Shown here one piece after another: positions 42,049-55,899 of a DNA stretch of 64,000 nucleotides (position 1 is its first letter; each line of letters starts with the position of its first letter). The notes under the pieces are model-generated. The model was not told the origin of the DNA. It saw only the letters and a list, made by a program, of their open reading frames with translations, and searched no databases. The stretch lies in assembly GCF_009914755.1 (NCBI RefSeq), contig NC_060934.1, one strand, 5' to 3'. The translations under genes and the position numbers were made by a program. Origin of the DNA: the human T2T-CHM13v2.0 reference genome, Homo sapiens.

Positions 42049-42187
42049 GTTTCCTAGCATTCCATATAAATTAAGTTACAATGTTTTCTAGTCTTCTAGC
42101 TCCACCTCATTCATTAAAGTCCAAAATCAATGGAACAGCTAACAAAAGGCAAGACATATATTCCTTTATCAACTCAACAATTATTTT
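42049..42187 (+). repeat. 139-bp dispersed direct repeat, copy 2
   Basis: Matches 40418-40556 at 135 of 139 positions. Confidence 0.95.
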
Positions 42188-42189
42188 TC

Positions 42190-42645
42190 TTCTGTCTCAC
42201 TTAACTCTATCTTTCTTGATGTTCCTTTAATATGCCAGGAAAGATTTTACTTCAAGAATTTTGCTCTTGCCTGCAATATAATTTGCATTGCTATGGGCTC
42301 CCTTCCTTCAAGATATTGCTCTAATATCTCCCTCTCAGTGAGGCTCACCACTGACCATGCCATTTAAAATTTCAGTGCCATGGCTGGGCCCATGTTTGTT
42401 TTTCACCAATACATTTCACTGTTTTAATTTTCTCTATAACCCTTATTTCTTCTACTATTACATATAGTATATTTATTTTTGTTGCTTATTGACTGTCTTC
42501 ACCCTGAACCGCCTTTACTAGAATGTAAGTCTCCTCAGAATAAGGATGTTTGTTTATATTTTTCTTCAGGCAGCATATCATCAATGCCTAGAATAGACTC
42601 TGGCACATTATAGGGACTGAATAAATATTTTAGAATAAATAACAA
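42190..42645 (+). mobile_element. L2 3' portion
   Basis: ctagaatgtaagtctcctcagaataaggatg...aatgcctagaatagactctggcacattataggga...aataaatattt. Confidence 0.65.
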
Positions 42646-43002
42646 TGTTCAGTTACAAACTGCTCAATGTACTGTAGGCAGATGAGTGATTTATAAGGTT
42701 AGTGTCAAGTGACAGAAGAAAAACTGAAATTGCATCACTGAAAGATGCACCTGGATTATGAGATACATGTGATCATATTTGATTTTGAATTGTGTTTAGA
42801 AGAAAAGCATTTTAGGCAGAGAGAATCATATAATCACACCTATGAAGATATGATATGAAGATATATTTTGAGAAATTTGTTTGTTATTATTAGATATAAG
42901 GTGAGTCAGTTCCTAGCAATGCATAATGCTAAAGAGGTAGATTTTAACAATAGCTCTTGAAGTCCCATGTCCTCTAAAAAGAAGATTGGAACTATCTTAA
43001 AA

Positions 43003-43145
43003 TATTGCCAACAACGTGAATGAAACAAAATTCAAATATAGATATATGTTAGTGATATTAAGGATCTGTAAAACTATTGCCAACAATGTGAATGAAACAA
43101 AATTCAAACATGGATATATTTTAGTGATACTAAGGATCTGTAAAA
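43003..43145 (+). repeat. 72-bp tandem duplication
   Basis: tattgccaacaa(c/t)gtgaatgaaacaaaattc...aggatctgtaaaa at 43003 and 43075; about 5 mismatches. Confidence 0.95.
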
Positions 43146-43379
43146 ACAAGTGATTATTTTAAAAGTAGTCAGATAAAAAGACTAGTTACTTCAATAGAAT
43201 ATTAACTGGAAAGACAGTTGACTTCTCAGTGGTACAAGACCACTGGATGATACAAGACCACTTGTATTCATTTGCTGAAGAATAATAATTGCCAATTTAA
43301 TGTTCTAAACTCAGTGAAATTATAATCTAACATTGAAGGAAAATAAGTTCTTTAAAAAAAGGTTTGTCACAAATCAGTA

Positions 43380-45960
<2,581 letters not shown>

Positions 45961-46560
45961 ACATGTCTGAATATATGATATATATGATACATCTTACAGT
46001 GAAAAATTCTCAGCATGAGGTAGCTAATAGCATACATATATATCATCAAGTTTTATAACTGAGGTGCCTTTGCATTATGCTTTACAAAGTGTTGTTCTGA
46101 AAACACCTTATGAAATTTAAATGCAGACACGATGATGATAAAGTTGTGCAGTAGCTGACCTAGCTCTCTTTTTAACCCCCTTTTCTATCCCTTTAGATAT
46201 GAAACCTATGATTAAATATAACAGAATAATGGGCTGTGTGACACACACAGGAAACAAACATCTCTATGAGCTCTATTTCATTTCCTCTTTTTAGCAAAAT
46301 GATTATTTAGTGTGAAAATTAAACAAGTGCTGGAGGGTGATAAACCTGAAAGTTCTGGGTATATAAAACTCACATTTTCTCAGTCTTGGATTGCTTTATC
46401 GGGGGTGTGTTTAACGTTCCTGCTTGAAAAAAATGAGTGGATAGAAGGCTGTGTTATTCTCAGAAGGGTCCATCAATATTATATAGAGACAGGTGGGACC
46501 CACTAATAAGATTGAAGACAGTTAACTACAACTAAAATCATCTCAATCCTCCTCACATAA

Positions 46561-46893
<333 letters not shown>

Positions 46894-46940
46894 TCATTTT
46901 TTTACTTTTTCTAAGCAATCACAATTTAGAGGTGATGTTC

Positions 46941-47265
46941 GTTTTTTTCTCTCTTTCTTTTTCTTTTTCTTTTCTTTCTTTTTATTTGACAGAGTCTCAC
47001 TCTGTCACACAGGCTGGAGTGCAGTGGCGCATTTCCATTCACTACAACCTCTGCCTCCTGGGTTCAAGCGATTCTCCTGCCTCAGCCTCTGGAGTAGCTG
47101 GGATTACAGGTGCACTCCATCATGCCTGGCTAATTTTTGTATTTTCAGTAGAGATGGGGTTTCACCATGTTGGTCAGGCTGGTCTCGAACTCCTGACCTC
47201 AGGTGATCTGCCTGCCTTGGCCTCCCAAAGTGCTAGGATTATAGGCATGAGCCACCGTGCCTGAT
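46941..47265 (-). mobile_element. AluS
   Basis: CT-rich tail plus Alu body; TSD agaggtgatgttc / agagatgatgttc. Confidence 0.93.
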
Positions 47266-47489
47266 GGCAAGAGATGATGTTCTTAATTGGTTCTATGCCT
47301 CTTATTTCATCTATCACTTCCTATTTCATCCTCAGTCACTGAATTTGCTGACAATGAGTGGATCGATCTGCTTTCTATTCACGTTCTTAATTCTCAGAAC
47401 CAATCTAAAACTGCTAATTATTAGTATGGTGGTATAGTCTATGCATTATGTATTTTGTATTTATGTACAGTATACTATATGATATACTA

Positions 47490-49870
47490 TGATAAATAAT
47501 ATATCCACCTACTTATGTTTAAGTGGTTTAGAGACTGGGGACATGATAAAGAGGACATGCAAGCCTTTGCCTTCCCTAGAATCAGACAAAAAAACATAGG
47601 CAGATTAACTTAAAAGAATATACCAACTAGTAATGATTCAATCAAAAATATAAAACTTGGTAATACAATAAAGAAGTCTGTAGAGTCACCTTAGTTTTAA
47701 GGAATTAATATTTAGGCTTGTATTTTAAATAAATATTAAATATGCAAATTATGAACATATCTGAGGGAACAGCTGGTGTTAAAGTTCTAAAAGTAGGAAT
47801 GATTTTATCATGTTCAAGACACTAGAAGAGCAGAGTGGCTGAAGTTAGCAAATAAGGGAGAGGATGAAAAGAAATGAGGACAGAGGAATAGGCAACAGCC
47901 AAAAAATAGAAGCCTTGTTGTTGAAACCATATTAGGAAGTGGTTAAGCCTGGAAAATGGAATTTAGTTGTTGAGTTGAACGAAACAGTAGAGGAACTCCA
48001 AATAGCAAAGCTTTCTGTTGATTTTTTTCCTACTAGTCCTTAGCCTGTGAAGATGATCTGTGTGGTTTCCCTTAATTTTCTGGGCTCAGACAACCTGACT
48101 TAGTTTGTTTGGTGTATTTAGAGTGGAACTGCATGCTCCCTGCACTAGATTCGACAGTCAGTAAATGTGAGACTCATGCATACTAGTGATTACCCTTGAA
48201 AATCTCTTAAATCTTTCATAACATAGAATATGCATGGTTGTCCTATCAATAAACTTGTACATTAAGCACTATGTATCAAAAGCCTGAGAACCACTGTCAT
48301 AGCGAACCTAAAGGAAGGACCAAAGGAAGCTCTATATGCAGATGTTGAACATTCAGAATTTTCAGTCTTTGACAGAATCACCAAATCCCTGAAGCAGAGT
48401 GAATATTTCTCATCCTGTCTGCAAGTTTAATACCATTCACATGGATTAAATATGTGAATTAAAGAAAATAGAGGAGTCACCTCTCAAGCTAGGTTTAGGT
48501 TCTAAAGAGTGAAATTGGAATGCATAGGTGACATTACACTGTTCTAACCCCCAGGCCTAATCCTCTGTTTCCAACTACCATGTTGTAAACTGACTTCAAC
48601 TCCTGACATTCTTAATAACTTTATTTCCGACACTACACTCAACTCTGTGGCTTCAACTAGATCTTCTGTTACTTCATCACTGATGGCCTCTCTCACTTAC
48701 ATCTCTAACCATTACCTTTTTATGATTACTTGCCCTTAGCTTTCAAATCAGTCCTCAGAACCTGTTGCTCCGAAGTCTACTTCAGGTTTTCTGGCTTTCT
48801 CTTTACCTCCAGTTTCAAAATAAGAGCCATCTCTTCTTTGCTTTCACTTTTCAGCTTTTTCTAATACAAGCTGATTTCTACAGTATTACTAATCTGAAGC
48901 CTAAATTCCAGTGTTATGAGTGATTTATGAACTTCCGATTACACAGACCTATTATCAAGCCTTCTCCTATATGATCTCTTGAAAGCCTTCTATACTGTTG
49001 ACTTGTGCTTTCTTTTTAAAATTGCATGCTTTGCTTTCAGGACACTATTAACTTTACCTCCCTCCTCACTGATCGCTTTTTAATTGTTTGTCTCTTTCAT
49101 ATACTCACCCCTTTGATGTGGATAGTCTCAGGCACACTCAGCCCACTTGCTTCCTAATTATTTCTGCTCTTACTTTTACAATCCCATCCACAAATATCTT
49201 CAATGTAATCTCTAGTCAAATAACAGTAAAATTTGTATCTTCAACATTGAGAACTTATAAAACCAAATGAAATGCACATTGGATAGTTCTTAATAAATAT
49301 TTTATAATTCAATATTTAATACAAATATTAAAATTACTGTAAATGACTTCAAAGACCATGTATAAAGTTGTTTGTGATCTTTCCCTCAAAACCTATCATC
49401 CTACATTCTCTATATAAGGTAATGCTACTATCATCTGACTATTTACTCAAGCAAAACATTACAAGAACAGCATCAATCACTCCTTCTCCTTTAGCCCTCT
49501 GTCAAACAGAATAGCAATCTTCAATTTGTCTGTTTCCATACAAACACAAAGAGTCTCATTCTCTTATTCCTACTCCTACTTGTTATAATTTATATTTAAC
49601 TCCTGGCTTATTGCAATATAGTTTTCCCCTTCTTTCATATTTCTAAATGTATAGTGTCTGTTCAAAGTTGTTTTTTTCTAAAAATAACATAAATTTGGAA
49701 GTTATATTACCCTGCTCAAAAAAATGTTAGTAATGGTTCTCCACTACCCATAGAATAATATGTCAAATATTTCAGTCATTTTGCAGTCAGAATGCAGTTT
49801 TTATTCCAATGATTTTTCCTATAATTCCTATGGCAAATCATAGGCTGTAGCCACTCAGGCATGCACACTG
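47490..49870. mobile_element. Scattered L2/MIR remnants (antisense ~47.5-47.95 kb, sense ~48.6-49.87 kb)
   Basis: tttaggcttgtattttaaataaata...agagtggctgaag (antisense L2); ctttcaggacact and ctcctggcttattgcaata (sense L2). Confidence 0.45.
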
Positions 49871-51029
49871 GTCCTCCAGAATTTTAAACATAATCAGGTA
49901 TAAAAGGGGGGTAGATTATCTCTTACTGTTAGAATTCTGATGGTCCATAGTTCATGACTTAGAATACATACTTCAATTGTTTTGAAGTTTTATTCTAATA
50001 GAGTTCAGACTACTTTTAGTGATTTATGCTTACATATTGCTCAAATAGTCATTCTTGGAAATAATGAAGGGGATTAGAGAAAATTTACCAAATACACATG
50101 GACAGGGAAAAGGGGGATGGGAGAGAATTTAAAAGGCAATATAATAGTATTTTTTAAAAAGTGGAACATTTGCTATGTGGGCAACCTATTAAAAGTGAAT
50201 CTTTTTATCAAATAAAAAATTATCTTTGTGAAAACATTATGACGTTTATTTCTAAAACTCTTATTCCATTTATCAGCATTTCTTTAAGAATCACATTTCT
50301 TTTCATTCATCACCACTATAAGCTTATGTTTTTCAATACTTATTCCTGAACTTTTCAAATACTCTCACACCAGGTTACAAGATCTTCTAAATAAACCACT
50401 AGGATTTAATTTCAATTGAAGCCTCAATGATGATGATAACAACATTTTTATAAAACTCTGAGGCATTGAACTCTGCTTCTGATATTGCTGCTCTTAAATT
50501 TTACTGAGCCAGTTTCACTTCTAGTGTCTAAGGAGAGAGCTAGGCATTTTTAGATGCTACATTAACATTTTAAGGCTACCTTACTTAATAGCACCATAAT
50601 GAACAAAAAGCATTTACTGAGCTTGTAGACAACTTAGCCTATTCCCTCAGTATAGGATCCTTCCCATGAAAACCTGCTGCAACTGGTTTTATAACCAACA
50701 ATGGCATCTTACTAATTCCAATTCTAATTACTACAGTTCATGCTGTAAACTGCAAAGTAGACTACAATATACATTCTAATACATTTCCTTTATCACCAAT
50801 AAGCATTAAAAATAACTATCTCACAGTTCTTGTTCATTTAGATACATGCTATATACTAGTTTTATTGCATTCCAGATCATTTTGATTATTTCCAGAACTT
50901 TTCTCTGAGACATACTAGAAACAACTCTAGTATTTGTTTGAGAAGGTGAACAGGGATTGCTGCTGTTACTTTTTATTCTGCCAGAAATATACTACCTAAT
51001 GACTCAATAGCAATTTATAAATCAAAGTG

Positions 51030-52570
51030 ACTGTTTTGCGTGCTAAGAAATTTGCTGATAGCCCTATGAACATTCCTCCTATGTTATGAGTCACCTTTCT
51101 CTTGCTGTTTTCAAAATTCTCTCTGACTTTTGACAATTTGATTATAATATGTTTCAAGGTACTCTTCTTCAGATCGCTGTGTTTAGGTTCTTTGAGCTTC
51201 ATGGAGCTGGATATCCATACTCCTCCCACTATTTGGAAAGTTTTTAGCCACTATTTCTTTCTGTTCCTTTCTCTCTTCTCTTGGGACTTCCATAACATAT
51301 ACTTGTTTGTTTGATGGTTCTCAGAGGTCTCAAATGCTTTCTTCACTGTTTTTCATTATTCTTTCTTTCAGTTTCTTTAACTGGCTGATTTCAATTGACC
51401 TGTCTTCAAGTTTGCTTACTTTTTCTTCTACATAATTGAGTCTGCTGTTGAAGCTCTCTATTGAATTTTTAGTCCTGTCCTGGTATTCTCCAGTTCCAGG
51501 ATTTTAGTTTGGTTCATTTTTATGGTTTCTATTTTTAATTAAACTACTCATTTTGTTCATGAATTGTTTTTCTGATTTTGCTTAGCTGTCTATGTTCTCC
51601 TACATCTCATTGAGCTTCCTTAAGATGATTATTTTATATTTTTTATCAGGCAACTCATAGATCTCCATTCTTTTGGGGTAGGTTATTGGAGCTTTATTAG
51701 TTTCCTTTGGTGTTGTTATATTTGCTTGATTCCCCATGATTTGAATATCCTGCCATTTGTGTCTATATATTTGAAAGAGCAGACATCTCTTCCAGTCTCT
51801 ATATAAGACAGGTAAAGATCGACACTCAATCCCCCTAGACAACAGGAATTTCTCTGGAATTGCAGTAAAGTGATGTTGGAGCTGGGTCACGTGGTTGCTT
51901 CTGGGTTCACAGTATGTCTTCAGTTACTAGAGGCTTGGGAAGTGTGGATCCTGCCTCATACCTGGACATGATGGGACTGCCTCCAGTATTCTGGTCAGTA
52001 GTAGTGGCACTGGGACAAGGGTCCACTTCAGGATGCTCAAACAGTTGATCTGTTACCAGCTCTAAGGGCAAGTATAGCTCCCACTGTATCCTGGGAGGGC
52101 TTCTGCCAGGTCTCTCTGCAGACCACTGGAAGGACAGAACTATCACTGGACCACTGCTGACAGGGATTGAGGGAACCAATGACAAGGCTGCATCAAGATC
52201 TGCAATCAGAATGAGGTTGGTGAGCCTGGTATCCAGGGCAAAGGCAGGGATGTCTTTTCCCAGGTTCCTGAGTGAATGGTGCTAATGGAAGGACAAAAGC
52301 CAAAGGAGACTGTAGCCAAATCCATAGGGAGATAGGGCTGTTTCTGGGTCTGTAGCTGTGACTACATGTAGTGAGTGTGCCATCTGCATGGGAACCTGCC
52401 TTCTCAAAATAGCCCTCCTTGGTCACAGGCTCCACCTGGGTTTCACTGCCTCCTGCCTAGAACTCAAAGTTCCCACAAAGGCACTTTTCTTTCCAGATGG
52501 CTGCCAAATTGTTGTGGGGGATATAAGTGGGGTTTTTCTTATTCTACCATCTTGCTGACATCACTTCATA
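51030..52570 (-). mobile_element. L1M ORF1 and 5' UTR fragment, antisense
   Basis: Minus ORF 50996-51229 contains DLKKSTLKHIIIKLSKV (ORF1p-like); minus ORF 51600-51890 contains MEIYELPDKKYKIIILRKLNEM (ORF1p N-terminal-like). Confidence 0.8.
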
Positions 52571-52630
52571 GTTTTGTTTAATAGTCAATGTTAGATGTCA
52601 CAATGTAAATTACATCCTAGGTAGATCCTA

Positions 52631-52825
52631 CAGTGTTACTGAATATATATGTATATATAATATTCAGAATATATATATATATACTGAATATATATATGTA
52701 TATATAATATTCAGAATATATATATATACTGAATATATATATGTATATATAATATTCAGAATATATATATATATACTGAATATATATATATATACTCAGT
52801 GTTACTGAATATATATATATATATT
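52631..52825. repeat. AT-rich minisatellite with palindromic ~44-46-bp units and (TA)n tracts
   Basis: Repeats of ctgaata(ta)n tgtatatataa tattcag aa(ta)n; bracketed by cagtgttactgaatatatat at 52631 and 52797. Confidence 0.95.
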
Positions 52826-54081
52826 TCTGAAGATGCTTAGCTCTTCATTTGCCATAATCTAAAGTGTTCTTTCCTATTGCTCTTCCCCAGATTTTTTGTG
52901 GGTAAAGCCAGACACTGTTTAAAAATTTGGGATAGAAACTAAAAACCAATCTGGTTTTCAACTGTGTGCCAAGAGAAAATAATAGAAGGTGGAATTTTTC
53001 CCAATCCAATATGTTGATAGACTACCCCCAAAATGGCTAGGGCAGGTCGAGTGGGTGCCGGGCAAACAGTACTGTAAACAAAGATCCTCTAGTGTCTTTG
53101 TGTCACAGTGTATGAAAAGATCTCAATTTTTTTAAGGACTAGCAGTAAAATTATTTAACATAATCTCATGTCTATTTGTATACTAGAAGAATGACTCCCT
53201 AATGATTAGAATTTTAGATTCTGTCACAGGACAGCAGAGATATCATTCACCACTCTGGAATATTTTGTCAAATATTTTAATCAAATATCACAGCAGAGAA
53301 TAAAGACACACTCATCCCTTCTTAGTTTTTATGCTGTAAGAGTTGTATTTTGAATAGTGAGGACACCTCGCTCCTTATAATTGAATTAAATATTTATTAT
53401 GAGTTTACTACCTCCAACAATTTCAAAATAAAGAGTTTATTCTAAGGTCAATTTGCAAAATACACAAAATCTCTAAGAAACAAAAATCATCTAAGTTACT
53501 GAAACCTAGAAATGCACTGTTAATATCATCTTTTGTCTAGATGTAACTTAAATCAAACTATACACACACATACACATACGCACACACATAAACTCATACG
53601 TATGCATATATATGTGTATATATACACCTTTCTCACTTGAAATTATGTTACAAAAAAGCATGACATTTGAATATATACACACAATACATTTTTAAAATTT
53701 GAGATTAATTTAACAATGTGAAAAAATAATATGTATGTAACATAGGATGAATTTTAATTTTAATATTGACCCCAGGAATCCAAGATGGGTAGTAGTTAGT
53801 TTCTTTTTCCTTTTTTAAATGGTGCTCTATTACATGATTATACCGCAATTTGGATACATATTCTTGTGCTGACAGTCAGTTGCTTAGCAGTTTATGATAA
53901 AATTAAATATATATCTACCCCATGACCATGGAATTACACTTCAATACATTCATTTAAGAGGAATTAAAATATGTGTCCATAAAATAACTACATAGGGATG
54001 TTGATAGCAGCTTCATTTATAACTGTATCAAAATTAATTACTGATTCCTGGGTGAAATTACCTTTTTAAAAAAACAAGATT

Positions 54082-54815
54082 TTCATTTAGATCCCACTTA
54101 TAAGCGAGAACATGCAGTATTTGGTTTTCTGTTCCTGCATTAGTTTGCTAAGGATAACGGCCTCCAGCTCCATCCATGTCCCTGCAAAGGACATGATCTT
54201 ATTTCTTTTTTGTGGCTGCATAATATTCTATGATGTCTATGTACCACATTTTGTTTATCCAGTCTATCACTGATGGGTATTTAGGTTGATCCCATGTCTT
54301 CACTATTGTGTATAGCGCTGCAATGAACATACACACGCATGTGTCTTTATAACAGAACGATTTATATTCCTTTGGGTATATACCCAGTAATGGGATTGGT
54401 GGGTTGAATGGTACTTCTGTCTTTAGGCCTCTGAGGAATTGACACACTGTCTTCCACAACGGTTGAATTAATTTGCACTCCTACCAACCATGTATAAGTG
54501 TTTTTTTTTTCTTGACAACCTTGCCAGCATGTGTTATATTTAAGTTTTTAAATATAGCATTTTAATAATAGCCATTCTGATGGCTGTGTGATGGTATCTC
54601 ATAGAGGGGAACAACACACACTGGGGCCTACTGGAGAGTGGAGGGTGGGAGGTGGGAGAGGATCAAGAAAAATAATTAATTGGGTACTAGACTTAATACC
54701 TGGGTGATGAAATAGTCTATACAACAAACACCCATGACACATGTTTACCTCTGCAACAAACCTGCACATGTACCCATGAAGTCAAAATGAAAGTTAAAAC
54801 TAATTTAAATAAAAT
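54082..54815 (+). mobile_element. 5'-truncated, 5'-inverted L1PA (approximately L1PA8-13); inverted part 54082-54602, sense 3' end 54600-54815
   Basis: Antisense ORF2 C-terminus (minus ORF 54199-54459, MWKTVCQFLRGLKTEVPFNPPIPLLGIYPKEYKSFCYKDTC) abuts a sense 3' UTR (agaggggaacaacacacactggggcc...); a single TSD aaaaaacaagatt at 54069-54081 and 54816-54828 brackets both parts. Confidence 0.92.
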
Positions 54816-55899
54816 AAAAAACAAGATTAAACAATGTATTATAAAATAATAATTTGCTGTATTTTATTTCAGAACTTTCTGAATTCTCCTGAATCTTCAC
54901 TTGAGATTTTCCAAAGTAATATTGATCACCTTTATTACAGTGTAGCACTTTCAGTTTGTCTTAACATTGGCACAATCTTTCATTCAATCATGGTTTGTCT
55001 TACCAAACAAATTAATGGAGCTATAATATGGTTCTTTTATTGCTATGTTTAATAATACTATAATACAATTTCTTGTTCATAAATATTTTTCTATATTTCT
55101 GAATTATTTTAAGATAAATCCACAAATACAGAATTTATATGAAAAGATAAAGGGATGTTTTATTGAAAATACATTGGCAAATATTACCTAATTATTCATG
55201 GAAGGCCTTCATCAAATTATTCCCAAACCAGTAGTGTATGTACATTATATCTCTTCCACCCCAATAATATTCTGACTATTAAGTAGACTTGTTAAACACT
55301 TCTACTTTCATCAACAAAGATAATCTGTGGTTGAAATGTTAAATTCCTTTTTGTTAATCATGTTATTTAATATGTTATATAAATGTTAAATATATGTTCA
55401 TGTGTTCATACTCTTTGCATAGGTTTGCTTGGTTTTAACATTTCCAAGTGGAATCATAATGACATCTAAATATAGATATAGTATTTCTGTGAACTCTCTA
55501 TTTTACACAGCATTATGTTTTAAGATTTTTCTATATTGATTTAGTTGGGTGTCACCCATTTCTATTATAAATTATATATATACACACACAGACTTTCTCT
55601 TTCTCACACACACACCCCAATATTGATTTATTAGTTCGATTATCAATGATGTGGAGACGTATCCCAGTTTCTCCTATTTTAAATAATTCTACTTTGAATT
55701 TTCAATTCCATATCTCCTACTGCTCACATACAAGAGTTTCTCATTAGATGAGCTTCTCATTTCACTCTCTTTTCAGGGACTTTTTATGAAAAAATCTTTC
55801 ATGTAGTTGAATTTTTAACAAACTTGTATTTGCAGTTTGCATTTTGTGCTTTGTTTAAGGATTTCTCCTGTGATTCCATTTCTGGTTAAGATGTGTGCT

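Larger units (their letters stand above)
39550..42050 (-). mobile_element. Old L1ME-like fragments, antisense (3' UTR and ORF2 pieces)
   Basis: attgagataaaattcata...taagtgtaaaattcaatgagttttagcaaat (3' end); ttagggtaaaagtgttcagtatttcacca; ttgtgtcagttttggaaagttg. Confidence 0.7.

Noticed and set aside
40418-42187. The 139-bp repeats as LTRs or a TSD of a new 1.8-kb element
   Set aside because: No TG...CA ends or flanking TSD. The interior is old L1 continuous with L1 upstream of copy 1, and the repeats are far younger than the interior.
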